Source of the DNA: Chthoniobacteraceae bacterium
Lineage (GTDB): Bacteria; Verrucomicrobiota; Verrucomicrobiia; Chthoniobacterales; Chthoniobacteraceae
Length of the DNA stretch: 54,095 nucleotides
NCBI GenBank assembly: GCA_031409655.1
Contig: JANNXQ010000289.1
Span: 1 to 54,095, forward strand
Reading direction: 5' to 3'
The notes below the pieces were generated by a model. The model searched no databases, was not told where the DNA came from, and saw only the letters and a list, made by a program, of their open reading frames with translations. The position numbers were made by a program, and so were the translations under genes. Below are positions 27,256-36,868 of this stretch, one piece after another; the first letter of the stretch is position 1; each line of letters begins with the position of its first letter.

Positions 27256-30200
27256 TCACTTTTTCGCTGGCGCAGCTTCCTTTTTCGCCGCCGGCGTCGG
27301 CATGGGGATCTGGCCGTTCGCCTGCTTCTCGAGGAGTTGCGCGCCGAGCCAGAGACCCTCGGAGGCCGCGTCGCTCACTGCGCTATAGTAGGCAGCGATC
27401 TTCATGTAGTTGTCGATCGCCTGCTCGAAGCGCCCATTGCCCTCGTGGATCTTGCCGAGGAGGAGCATCGAGCGCGCGCGCAGTTCGGACGTGGCGTCCT
27501 TCGCCTTGATCACTTCGAGGAGCAGCTTGCTCGCTTCGTCGTCCTTCTTCTGCTCGTGCAAGCCCTGGGCGATGGGGAAGTTCGCCTCGAGCGCGTATTT
27601 CGACCAGCCGTAGAGCTTCTTCAATTCCTCGGACACGGTCCCGGCCTCGGTCGATTTGGCGGATGCTTCGCCCTCCTTCCCCTCCGCCTTGAGTTGCGCG
27701 GCCTGCGCCTGGAGGATCTTGGATTTGCCGAAAAGAGCGATGGCTTGCGCTTCCTGCACGTCGCGCGGGGCCTTCGCCGGCTCGGTATTCGCCGGGATCC
27801 GATAGTCCTGGGCGATCTTCTCATAGACCTTCGCGGCCTCGTCGTACTTCTTGTTCTCGATGAGCGAGCGTCCATAGAGATCGAGTTCCCCCGAGCCGAA
27901 ACGCAGATCGTCGCGGAAGACGGCCTCCATCTGCGTGAGCGCCTTGGCCTTGTCCCTTTCGAAAGTGTAACCGGCGAGCGTGAAGGCGACCTTGCTCGAG
28001 AGATTCGGATTCTCCTTACACTTCTCCAGGAGCGCCGCGAAGTAGGCGTCCACGTCTTCGACCGTTTTGATTTTCACCCGCAGTTGGAGACGCAGGACAT
28101 CGAGCAGATTATTCAGCGCCAGCGCCACCGCCGGACTTTCGGGGAAATCCGCGATAATCCGCTCGGATGCCGCGAGGCTCTTCTCCACCCCCTTGCGCCA
28201 CTCGCCGCGTTTCGCTTCATCGAGCGCGAGGTAGGGGCCTTGCGATTCTCCGTAGCTTTTCCACAGCCCACTCAGTTTCACGAGGGCATCCGCAGCGGTC
28301 GGGTGCGCCGGCTTTTTCTCCACAAACTCTTCGTAGGTCGTGATCGCCTCCATCCCTTTACCCTGGCTGGTCTGGATCTGCGCCATGAAGTCGTAGGCCT
28401 GATAGAGCGCATCGTTCTCGGCATACTTTTCCGTGAAGGTCTTCATGAGCGCGGCGACCTCCTCGTACTTCTGCTCGCCGGCGAGAGAGCGCGCGCGCTC
28501 AAAGTAGGAAAAGGGTGCCGGGGCGCTCTCCGGGAATTTTTCCGCCAGCTTCTCCAGACTCTTGAAGCCTTCCTCCTTCTCGCCCGTATTCATCTGCCCC
28601 TGCGCCAGCGCGTAGAGCGCCTCCGGCATGAGCTTGCTGTCGGGGAATTTTTCGATGAAGCCCTGCAGTTCCTTCACCGATTCCTTGATGTCCCCGCTGA
28701 GTTGCAGTTGCCCCACGTAAAACGCCGCGTCCTCGGCCTGCGGCGTCCCGCTGTAGCTATCGCGCACGCTCTTAAAGGCGGCGACGGCATCGGCCGTTTT
28801 GTCCGTCTTCATATAGACGATCCCGACGGCAAATTCCGCCGCGACCGCGAGTTCCTTGGCTGGCTTCGTTGCCAGGAAATCCTGGAGGCTCTTTAACGAC
28901 TCCTCGTATTTGCCCAGGCCGACCTGCGCCATGGAGCGCTGCATCATCAGTTCCGCGATGTAGCGACCGGTGGGATAGGTTTCGACACCCCGCTGGAAGA
29001 ACTCGATGGCCTTCTCGGGATTCGTGAATTCCTGGCCCGGCGTGAGGAACATGCTGCCCATCACGAGGTCGAGATTTTCGGCCATCGGGTCCGCCTTGTA
29101 GGCCGTCTGAAAGGCTTCGTATTTCTCCACCGCCTTCTCGACCTGGTTCTGAATCGCGTAGCCCAGCGTCGTGAAATAGAGGATCTGCTTCTTCTGTTCC
29201 GCGTCTTCGACGTAAGGATCGACGAAGTTGAAAATCACCCGCGCTTCGTCGTGTTTGCCGAGTTGGAAATAGACCATCGCGCTCTTCACCTTGGCCGTCA
29301 CCGTGAGGTCTGGGCGGCCTTCGATGGTGGGAATTTTTTCGGCCTCCTTGTCGGCAATGCGATTGTAGTAGTCGCGGGCGGCGAGATCGCGATTCACGGT
29401 CACGGCCTGCTTCGCGGCGGCGCGGTACTGCTGCACGCGGAGCTTCTGTGCTTCGACCACGCGATCCTTCGGAAAGACGCCGCGGTAGGCCTCGAGCGCG
29501 CGCATCATCATCGGCGGCTTCTCCTTCTCCGGTAAGTGCGTGGCGCGGGCGAAGAGCAGTTCACCGATCTGAAATTGCGACTCGTAAACGAGCGCCAGGC
29601 TGGTCGGTTTCGCGATGATCTCCCGGAGGATTTTTTCCGCCTCCTGGTAGTTCTTCTTCGCCCCCGGATCGGCGCCGTCTTTCTCCGCCGCCACATTAGC
29701 CAGCGTGCCGAGCGTGAGACCGAGGAGATACTGGCTGTCGAGGATCGTCGGACTCTGCGCAAAGGCCTGGATATTCGACCGCAGTGCGGTCACGGCCTCG
29801 TCGTAGCGCGCGATCTGATAAAGCGCGATGGACTTCGAGTAGTTCGCGGACTCCACCTCGCGGCTCTTCGGATAGTTTTTGATAAACGTGTCGAACTGAT
29901 TCGCGGCGTCGGCAAAGGCCACCTCGCGCGCCTTGTCCCCCGGCGGGAGCTTGGTCGCCTTCGCGACGAGGATCTGGGGGATCATGTTGGCCGCGAGTTC
30001 CTTCGTCTGCGCGTCCACGTTCTTCAACGCGGGCAGCTTTTCCAGCGCTTCCACGCTTTTGTCATACTCGCCCGCGAGGAAGTAGGTGTAGCCGACGCGG
30101 AACTGGGCCTGCGGGATCGCGCCGGATGTCGGATATTTCGTGATCAGCGTCTCGAAGAGCGTGATGGCATCGGCGTATTTGCCGTCGTTCGCGAGCGCCA

Positions 30201-30339
30201 GGCCGTCGTCGAACATTTTCAGATCGAGCGGCTGCGCGGCTGCCGGAGCCTGCGCCCGGGCCGTCTGCGGCAAGACCGCGAGGAGCGCCGCAAAGGCGGA
30301 AAAAACTACGAGCGCGAGGGATCGGAAATGGGTCTTCAT
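27256..30339 (-). CDS. Large exported TPR-repeat protein (BamD/CpoB-like repeats)
   Basis: Signal peptide; many A...F..(L)...YP.S..A..A.Y..G repeats. Confidence 0.85.
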   Translation of the reverse strand: MKTHFRSLALVVFSAFAALLAVLPQTARAQAPAAAQPLDLKMFDDGLALANDGKYADAITLFETLITKYPTSGAIPQAQFRVGYTYFLAGEYDKSVEALEKLPALKNVDAQTKELAANMIPQILVAKATKLPPGDKAREVAFADAANQFDTFIKNYPKSREVESANYSKSIALYQIARYDEAVTALRSNIQAFAQSPTILDSQYLLGLTLGTLANVAAEKDGADPGAKKNYQEAEKILREIIAKPTSLALVYESQFQIGELLFARATHLPEKEKPPMMMRALEAYRGVFPKDRVVEAQKLRVQQYRAAAKQAVTVNRDLAARDYYNRIADKEAEKIPTIEGRPDLTVTAKVKSAMVYFQLGKHDEARVIFNFVDPYVEDAEQKKQILYFTTLGYAIQNQVEKAVEKYEAFQTAYKADPMAENLDLVMGSMFLTPGQEFTNPEKAIEFFQRGVETYPTGRYIAELMMQRSMAQVGLGKYEESLKSLQDFLATKPAKELAVAAEFAVGIVYMKTDKTADAVAAFKSVRDSYSGTPQAEDAAFYVGQLQLSGDIKESVKELQGFIEKFPDSKLMPEALYALAQGQMNTGEKEEGFKSLEKLAEKFPESAPAPFSYFERARSLAGEQKYEEVAALMKTFTEKYAENDALYQAYDFMAQIQTSQGKGMEAITTYEEFVEKKPAHPTAADALVKLSGLWKSYGESQGPYLALDEAKRGEWRKGVEKSLAASERIIADFPESPAVALALNNLLDVLRLQLRVKIKTVEDVDAYFAALLEKCKENPNLSSKVAFTLAGYTFERDKAKALTQMEAVFRDDLRFGSGELDLYGRSLIENKKYDEAAKVYEKIAQDYRIPANTEPAKAPRDVQEAQAIALFGKSKILQAQAAQLKAEGKEGEASAKSTEAGTVSEELKKLYGWSKYALEANFPIAQGLHEQKKDDEASKLLLEVIKAKDATSELRARSMLLLGKIHEGNGRFEQAIDNYMKIAAYYSAVSDAASEGLWLGAQLLEKQANGQIPMPTPAAKKEAAPAKK

Positions 30340-30470
30340 AGGCGGCTGGCGAGGGTCTGGGACGATAGTGTCGCGGTCGCGCCGTGACCAATTCTTTTGT
30401 CGCCGCGCACCGAGCCTTTCTTGGCGATGTCCATTCGCAACCGGCTGTGGTTTCTATTCCACCCCTCGCG

Positions 30471-31169
30471 ATGCTCGCCGTCACCTTTGCCCTGCCTGAA
30501 GAAAGTAGAAATTTCCTCCGCGCCCTCCATCACCGCCGCCCGGTCGCGACGCATCCCGGCTGGTGGACTGGCCGCATCGGCGACGCTGCCGTGACGGTGG
30601 TTCACACTGGCATGGGCCTCGAAGCCGCGGCCTCGGCAGCGGAAGCCCTGCTCGTCGGCGTGCGCCCCCGGTGGGTCATCAGCGGGGGATTTGCAGGCGC
30701 CCTCGATCCGCGACTGCGCCTCGGCGACGTGGTTGTGGCGGAGAATTTTTCCAGCCCGGCGCTGCTCGCCCGCCTCGACCTCGCCGCACATCGCGGCCAA
30801 CTCGTCAGCCGCGCACGCCCCGCGGAACTCGTGGAGGAAAAAGCCACGCTCCATCGCGAGACGGGCGCCATCGCCGTGGACATGGAGACCGCAGCGATCG
30901 CCGCAGCGTGCGCCCGCGCCGGAGTGCCGCTCCTCGCCGTGCGGGCGATCAGCGACCCCGCGCAGACGCCGCTCCCAGCGCCGCTCGCGGAGTGGTTCGA
31001 TCTCGCCCGCCAACGCCCGCGGCCCCGCCGACTGCTAATGTACGTCTGGCGCCGGCCGTCGGCGATCTGGCCTTTCGTGCGCTTCGTGCGGAGCCTCCCC
31101 GTCGCCCGACGCGCACTCACGGAAGCGCTGCTGCGGAGCGTGGAGATAGGCGTTGGCTTCAAGGAGTAG
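30471..31169 (+). CDS. PNP/MTA-SAH nucleosidase-family phosphorylase (HpnG-like)
   Basis: TFAL..E, HTGMG, ISGGFAGAL...L.LGD, AVDMET, AVRAISD; the TAG stop lies inside the REP arm. Confidence 0.75.
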   Translation: MLAVTFALPEESRNFLRALHHRRPVATHPGWWTGRIGDAAVTVVHTGMGLEAAASAAEALLVGVRPRWVISGGFAGALDPRLRLGDVVVAENFSSPALLARLDLAAHRGQLVSRARPAELVEEKATLHRETGAIAVDMETAAIAAACARAGVPLLAVRAISDPAQTPLPAPLAEWFDLARQRPRPRRLLMYVWRRPSAIWPFVRFVRSLPVARRALTEALLRSVEIGVGFKE

Positions 31170-31223
31170 GGGCGCCCTCGCCCCAAGTGCATACTTGGGG
31201 CGAGGGCGCCCCTACTCCTTGGA
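31160..31223. repeat. GTAG-type REP palindrome between convergent genes
   Basis: Perfect 24-bp arms aaggagtaggggcgccctcgcccc / ggggcgagggcgcccctactcctt with a 12-nt centre. Confidence 0.92.
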
Positions 31224-31224
31224 T

Positions 31225-32016
31225 TTACCTCCCGAGCACCTTTGCGAAGAAGCCCTTCATGTCCTCCCACGACTTTTTGTCGGCGGCCTTGTTGTAAGCG
31301 TTGCCTTTGGAGTTGTCGTTGCCCGCTTCGGGCTTGGTGAAGCTGTGGACCGCGCCGGGATACGCGACGAATTCATAGCTCACCTTCGCCTTCACCATCT
31401 CCTCTTTGAAGGCGGCCTGTTCCGGCGGCTTCACATAAGGATCGTCCGCGCCGTGACAGACGAGCACCTTCGCTTTCACCCCGCCCTCTGCCGCCGGCAG
31501 GGTGGTGCCGAGGCCCCCGTGAAAGCTGACGATCCCCGCGACCGGCGCACCGCTGCGGGCGAGTTCGAGCACCGTGGTGCCACCAAAGCAGTAGCCGATC
31601 GCCGCCGTCTTCCGCGCGTCGATGCCGGGGCGCTTCAGCAATTGGTCAAAGCCGAGCGTGACGCGGCGACGCAGCAGCGGGAGGTCGCCCTTATATTTGC
31701 CGGCCTCGGCGGCGCAGTCCTGCGGATCGCTCGGCCGCACGCCCTGGCCATAAATGTCGGCGGCAAACGCGATGTAGCCGAGTTCCGCAAGCATCGTGGC
31801 GCGGCGCTTCGCGTAATCTTGCAGGCCCGTCCAGTCGTGGATGACGAGCACGCCGGGCCGCGGTTTTTCGACCGCATCGTCGTAGGCAACGAATCCTTCG
31901 AGGATCGTCTCGCCGTCTTTGTATTCGACGACTTCCGTTTTGATCTTCGCCGAAGCCGGTTGAGCAGCGACGGCCACGAGGGCGAAGGCTGCGGTGGAGA
32001 GGGTGGTCGCTTTCAT
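31225..32016 (-). CDS. Dienelactone hydrolase-family protein (exported)
   Basis: Signal peptide; HDWTG, IGYCFGG nucleophile motif, HGADDP, HSFT. Confidence 0.9.
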   Translation of the reverse strand: MKATTLSTAAFALVAVAAQPASAKIKTEVVEYKDGETILEGFVAYDDAVEKPRPGVLVIHDWTGLQDYAKRRATMLAELGYIAFAADIYGQGVRPSDPQDCAAEAGKYKGDLPLLRRRVTLGFDQLLKRPGIDARKTAAIGYCFGGTTVLELARSGAPVAGIVSFHGGLGTTLPAAEGGVKAKVLVCHGADDPYVKPPEQAAFKEEMVKAKVSYEFVAYPGAVHSFTKPEAGNDNSKGNAYNKAADKKSWEDMKGFFAKVLGR

Positions 32017-32056
32017 GGGCAAAAACCTACCCACGATTTTCCCTTCTGACCACTGC

Positions 32057-32347
32057 CTACTCCTTCTCGTCCTCCGCGTCCGCCTCTTCCCAAGTGCCCC
32101 CGCGATCCACGATCAACTTCTCGATCGCTGCCACGTCTTCGTAGGAAAGATGCTTCCGCTGATACTTCCGCCAGAGCACGCCGCGCAGGGCGACGAGGTC
32201 ATCCATCAAAGGCACGTCGTAGTAGGTCCAGTGCTCCTCGCTCGCGAGTTGCGCCTGGATGCGCCACTTCTTGCCAAACTTTTCCGCGCGCACTTCCCGC
32301 TTCTCACCGTCCTCGGTTCGGGATTTCCAGACGTGAAGATTGCGCAT
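32057..32347 (-). CDS. Hypothetical protein (96 aa)
   Basis: MRNLHVWK...KREVRA.KFG..W...WRKYQRK; protein-like composition and codon bias. Confidence 0.7.
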   Translation of the reverse strand: MRNLHVWKSRTEDGEKREVRAEKFGKKWRIQAQLASEEHWTYYDVPLMDDLVALRGVLWRKYQRKHLSYEDVAAIEKLIVDRGGTWEEADAEDEKE

Positions 32348-32399
32348 GACGGGCGGGGTCATAGCCGTTACCCACGGAAGCAGCAAGCAACGCCCGTCC

Positions 32400-33302
32400 T
32401 TGAAAGAAACCCGCTCGATCCTCCTTTTTCTGATCGGTAGCGCTCTGCTCGGAGCGTTGCTGGCGCCATGGCTTTTCTGGGGCGGACGGGGGCTCGCAGC
32501 ACGCGGCATCGTGCCCTTTCTCGCGGAGCCGGACTTTGCGCAATACTTCGATCGCGCGGTGCTCATCGCCGCAGTGGCGCTGCTCTGGCCGACGATCCGC
32601 ACCCTGCACATCCGCAGCCGCGCAGAGCTCGGGATCGAGCCCGATCTGCGCGGCTGGACGCACCTCGCCGTGGGTTTCTGGGCGGGCTTCGTCTGCCTCG
32701 GGCTCTTCGCCGTGGTCGCGCTCCAGCTCGGCGTTTACAAACTCAAGTCCACCCCGCCGTGGGGCGATCTCGGGAAGATCGCGCTCTCGGCCGGGGTCGT
32801 CGCGCTGCTCGAGGAGTGGCTTTTTCGCGGCGCTTTCCTCGGCATCTTCCGGCGCGCGATGAGCAAGTGGACGGCGGTCTTCTGGGTTTCGGCGATTTAC
32901 TCGATCCTGCATTTCGTGAAACCGCCGCGCGTCGATCTCGCCCCGGAGCAGATCGACTGGCTCACGGGCTTCCGCGTATTGCCGTCGTGCTTTGAAAAGT
33001 TCGCCGAGCCCGCGCTCCTCGGCGCGGGCTTCACCACGCTCTTTCTCCTCGGCTGGATCCTCGGCTGGTCCGCCCTCCGCACCCGGGCGCTCTGGCTCGG
33101 CATCGGGCTGCACGCGGGGCTGGTCTTCGCAAAATTCGGCTTCAGCAAACTCACCAAACGCAAGATCGACGACACCCTGCCGTGGCTCGGGGATGACATC
33201 ATCGTCGGGCTCGGCGCCCTCGCCGTCATCGGCATCGCGGGTCTGCTCTGCTGGCTGTGGTTGGAATATGAAGATCGCAAGCTTCGCGCGGCGAGCCAGT
33301 GA
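32400..33302 (+). CDS. CPBP (CAAX protease/Abi) intramembrane metalloprotease
   Basis: TTG start inferred; multiple TM helices, EEWLFRG, LHF, IGLH. Confidence 0.85.
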   Translation: MKETRSILLFLIGSALLGALLAPWLFWGGRGLAARGIVPFLAEPDFAQYFDRAVLIAAVALLWPTIRTLHIRSRAELGIEPDLRGWTHLAVGFWAGFVCLGLFAVVALQLGVYKLKSTPPWGDLGKIALSAGVVALLEEWLFRGAFLGIFRRAMSKWTAVFWVSAIYSILHFVKPPRVDLAPEQIDWLTGFRVLPSCFEKFAEPALLGAGFTTLFLLGWILGWSALRTRALWLGIGLHAGLVFAKFGFSKLTKRKIDDTLPWLGDDIIVGLGALAVIGIAGLLCWLWLEYEDRKLRAASQ

Positions 33303-33999
33303 GGCGCTGACGGCGCTGCTTTACCCGCCGCACTGCGCTGGCTGCGGCGCGGATACCTCGGCGGGCGTGCATCTCTGCGCACGCTGCGCGGCCAAGGCGC
33401 GGCCGATCGTCGCGCCCTTTTGCCAGACCTGCTCGGAGCCTTTCGCGGGTGCGATCACCTCCACCTTCACCTGCCAGAACTGCGCGGAGCGGCGGCTCCA
33501 TTTCGACTGCGCCGTCGCGCCCTATCTCAGCCGCAGCGTCGTGCGCGAATTGATCCATCGCTTTAAATACGACCGCCACTTTTACCTCCGCCACCCGCTC
33601 ACGGCATGGGCCGCCGACGGGCTCGCTGACACCCGCCTGGCTGCCCCACCGATCGACGCCTTCGTTCCCGTGCCGCTCCATCCCGCGCGCTTCCGCGAGC
33701 GCGAATTCAACCAGGCAGACGAAATCGCCAAACTCCTCTCCCAACGCACCGGCACCCCGCTGCTCCGCGCCCTGCGGCGCATCCGCTACACGTCCACCCA
33801 AACCGTGCTCGACCGCCACGAGCGGATGGAAAACTTGCGCAATGCCTTCCGGGTGCGCGACACTGCCGCCGTGCTCCTGCGCCATCTCGTTCTCGTGGAC
33901 GACGTCTTCACCACCGGCTCGACCGTCGATGAATGCGCGCGCGTCCTCCGGCAGGCTGGAGCCGCCTCCGTGCGCGTCCTCACCGTCGCGCGCGGCTGA
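33268..33999 (+). CDS. comF: ComF-family protein (double Zn ribbon + phosphoribosyltransferase)
   Basis: YPP.C..C, C..C repeats, FKY, PVPLH..R.R.R.FNQ, LVDDVFTTGST. Confidence 0.9.
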   Translation: MKIASFARRASEALTALLYPPHCAGCGADTSAGVHLCARCAAKARPIVAPFCQTCSEPFAGAITSTFTCQNCAERRLHFDCAVAPYLSRSVVRELIHRFKYDRHFYLRHPLTAWAADGLADTRLAAPPIDAFVPVPLHPARFREREFNQADEIAKLLSQRTGTPLLRALRRIRYTSTQTVLDRHERMENLRNAFRVRDTAAVLLRHLVLVDDVFTTGSTVDECARVLRQAGAASVRVLTVARG

Positions 34000-34032
34000 A
34001 TCCCGCAACTCCGCAACCCTTCTCCCGCAACC

Positions 34033-34878
34033 ATGGGCATCTTCTCCAAACCTCCCTTCAGCTCCGAAAAGAAACGCGAATTTCCGGAGGGCCTCTGGCA
34101 GAAATGCCCGGCCTGCTCCGAGATGATTCACAACCTCGAACTCGCGCAGAATCTCCGCGTCTGCCCGAAGTGCGATCATCACTTCACCCAGACCGCCCGC
34201 GAACGACTGGAGATGCTGCTCGATCCGAAAAGTTTCGTGGAGCACGACGCGAAGATGAAGTCGGTCGATACGTTGAAATTCACCGGAATGGCCAGCTACA
34301 CGGACCGGCTCAAGAGCTACCAAAAGAAGACCGGCCTCAAGGACGCCGTGATTTCCGGGGTCGGGAAAATCGAAGGGGATCGCGTGTCGATCGCGGTCAT
34401 GGATTTCAACTTCCTCGCCGCGACCATGGGCTCGGTGGTGGGTGAAAAACTCACGCGCACGATCGAACGTGGCACCAAGGAGCGGCTCCCCGTGATCATC
34501 GTCTCGGCCTCCGGCGGCGCGCGGATGTATGAAGGCGTGCTCAGTCTCCTGCAGATGGCGAAAACGTGCGGCGCCCTCGCGCTCCACGCCGCCGCGAAAC
34601 TCCCCTACTTTTCCATCCTCACGAATCCGACGACCGGCGGCGTGAGCGCGAGTTTCGCCACCGTGGGCGACGTGAATATCGCGGAGCCAAAGGCGATGAT
34701 CGGTTTCGCCGGGCCGCGCGTGATCCGCGAGACGACGCATCAGGATTTGCCGCCGGATTTTCAGACCGCGGAATTCCTCGAGGAGCGCGGCCTGATCGAC
34801 ATGATCGTGCATCGGAAAAAGATGCGGGAGACCTTGAGCAACCTCATCGGCTACCTCGCGCCGGCCGCGACGACGTGA
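34033..34878 (+). CDS. accD: Acetyl-CoA carboxylase carboxyltransferase beta subunit
   Basis: GLWQKCPAC..CPKC Zn finger, MGSVVGEK, SGGARM.EG, PTTGGVSASFA, GFAGPRVI. Confidence 0.96.
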   Translation: MGIFSKPPFSSEKKREFPEGLWQKCPACSEMIHNLELAQNLRVCPKCDHHFTQTARERLEMLLDPKSFVEHDAKMKSVDTLKFTGMASYTDRLKSYQKKTGLKDAVISGVGKIEGDRVSIAVMDFNFLAATMGSVVGEKLTRTIERGTKERLPVIIVSASGGARMYEGVLSLLQMAKTCGALALHAAAKLPYFSILTNPTTGGVSASFATVGDVNIAEPKAMIGFAGPRVIRETTHQDLPPDFQTAEFLEERGLIDMIVHRKKMRETLSNLIGYLAPAATT

Positions 34879-36113
34879 ACTACGAGGAAGCCGTAGGGTG
34901 GCTCTACGGCACCCAGCTCCACGGCATCAAGCTGGGGCTGGAGAGCATCGAACAACTCGCGGGGAAGCTCGTCGGCGCGGAGGCGCTGCGTTCGACGTTC
35001 GATCATCGAACGGGACCGGTTTTCATCCACGTCGCCGGGACGAATGGGAAAGGCTCCGTCTGCGCGATGGCGGATGCGGCCTGCCGCGCTGCGGGACTGC
35101 GCACCGGGCTCTACACTTCGCCGCATCTCGTGACCTTCCGCGAACGCCTCCGGCTCGATGGCGAGATGATCTCGGAGGCCGACGTGGCGGTGGGCTTGAG
35201 CGAAATTCGCGATGTGATGACGGGCTGGGAATATCCGCCGACGTTTTTTGAAATCGTGACGGTGCTGGCGCTGGCGTGGTTTCAGCGGCGCGGCGCGGAG
35301 GTCGTGATCCTCGAGACCGGCATGGGCGGGCGGCTGGACGCCACGAATGTGGTCACGCCCGCGGTGAGCGTGATCACGCCCATCGGGCTCGATCATCAGG
35401 CCTGGCTCGGCTCGACGCTCGCCGCGATCGCCACGGAGAAAGCCGGCATCTTCAAACCCGGCGTGCCCGCGGTCTCCGCAGCGCAATCTCCCGAAGCCGC
35501 AGCCGTGCTCCGGGCCGAGGCCACCCGGGTCGGCGCGCCTTTGCGTTTCGTGACCGCACCACTTGGAGACGAGTGGCGCGTGCATCTCGCGGGGCCGCAT
35601 CAGCGCTGGAATGCCGCGCTCGTGCGCGAGGCCCTGGCGGCGGCCGGCTTACCCGTGAACGCCGCAGCTCTGGCCGAAGGCTTCGCCAATGTGCAATGGC
35701 CGGGGAGATTCCAGCGGATCGGCGAACGCATCATCCTCGACGGCGCGCACAATCCTCACGCCGCCACTCAGCTCGCGGAGACTTGGCGGCAGGAATTTGG
35801 TGACGCCCCGGCCACGCTCATCTTCGGCGCGATGCGAGACAAAGATGTGGCCGGGGTGCTCGCGGCGCTGCGTCCGATCGCCGCCCGGATCATCGCCGTG
35901 CCCGTGCAAAACGCGCGCGCCTGCTCGACCGAAGAACTCTGCGCCAGCAACCACGAAATTCCTTGCGAGCCAGCCGCGAGCCTTGCCGCGAGCCTCGAAC
36001 GCGCGCACCTTTTTCCGGAGAAAATCCTGATCGCCGGCTCCCTCTTCCTGATCGGTGAAGCCCTCGCGCACTTCGACCCGGCCTCGGCCCCGCGAGAGCG
36101 TTCGGAGCAGTAA
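34875..36113 (+). CDS. folC: Folylpolyglutamate synthase / dihydrofolate synthase
   Basis: GTG start overlapping the accD stop; IHVAGTNGKGS, YTSPHL, TFFE, ETGMGGRLDATN, EKAGI, WPGR, DGAHN. Confidence 0.95.
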   Translation: MNYEEAVGWLYGTQLHGIKLGLESIEQLAGKLVGAEALRSTFDHRTGPVFIHVAGTNGKGSVCAMADAACRAAGLRTGLYTSPHLVTFRERLRLDGEMISEADVAVGLSEIRDVMTGWEYPPTFFEIVTVLALAWFQRRGAEVVILETGMGGRLDATNVVTPAVSVITPIGLDHQAWLGSTLAAIATEKAGIFKPGVPAVSAAQSPEAAAVLRAEATRVGAPLRFVTAPLGDEWRVHLAGPHQRWNAALVREALAAAGLPVNAAALAEGFANVQWPGRFQRIGERIILDGAHNPHAATQLAETWRQEFGDAPATLIFGAMRDKDVAGVLAALRPIAARIIAVPVQNARACSTEELCASNHEIPCEPAASLAASLERAHLFPEKILIAGSLFLIGEALAHFDPASAPRERSEQ

Positions 36114-36115
36114 AT

Positions 36116-36763
36116 CTAACCGCGCGCCTTCGCCAACGCCGCGCCCATGTCTTCCGCACGGAAGCTATACGTCCCGACCACCAGCGTGTCCGCCCCTGCC
36201 GCGCGCGCCGTGGCGGCGGTTTCGTCGTTGATGCCGCCGTCTACTTCGATGCGAAATTTTTTCCCCATCCGCTCCCGCGCGGCACTCGCCAGCCGCACTT
36301 TTTCCATCATCTCCGCCATGAAAGGCTGCCCGCCAAATCCAGGCACGACCGTCATCACGAGCAGCAGATCGATGAGGTCGAGATACGGCAACGCGGCCTC
36401 GAAGGGCGTCGCGGGATTGAGCGCGAGACCGGCCGTTTTGCCGCTCTCGCGGATGGCTCGCAGCGTCTTGTTCACGTTGTGCTTGGCCTCGACGTGGACG
36501 GTGATATTCGCGGCGCTTTTTAGGAAGCGGGGAAAATAGTGATCGGGCCGCTCGATCATCAGATGCACGTCAAGCGGCTTCGTCGCCACCGCCGCCACGG
36601 ATTCCACAAAGGCCGGACCGAAGGAGATATTGTCCACGAAATGCCCGTCCATCACATCGAGGTGCAGCCAATCAGCGCCCGCGGCCTCGGCCCGGCGCAC
36701 CTCGTCATGCAGCCGACCGAAATCACAGGCGAGGATGGAGGGAGCGATGACGATGGCAGGCAA
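36116..36763 (-). CDS. rpe: Ribulose-phosphate 3-epimerase
   Basis: TTG start inferred; IAPSIL..DF, HLDVMDGHFV.N, DVHLM, MTVVPGFGGQ, EVDGGI. Confidence 0.95.
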   Translation of the reverse strand: MPAIVIAPSILACDFGRLHDEVRRAEAAGADWLHLDVMDGHFVDNISFGPAFVESVAAVATKPLDVHLMIERPDHYFPRFLKSAANITVHVEAKHNVNKTLRAIRESGKTAGLALNPATPFEAALPYLDLIDLLLVMTVVPGFGGQPFMAEMMEKVRLASAARERMGKKFRIEVDGGINDETAATARAAGADTLVVGTYSFRAEDMGAALAKARG

Positions 36764-36770
36764 AGCAGTG

Positions 36771-36863
36771 GAAAGTTGAAGATGGAGTGCTGCGCCGCGG
36801 AGAAGCGCGGGCGCCGTCCGAATACTGCGCCACCCGGCTCGCAACTCTCAACTCTCAACTTCC
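36771..36863. repeat. Inverted heptamer array (CAACTCT)n, degenerate left arm
   Basis: caactct-caactct-caact at 36842-36860, facing gaaagttgaagatggag at 36771. Confidence 0.65.
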
Positions 36864-36868
36864 CGCCA

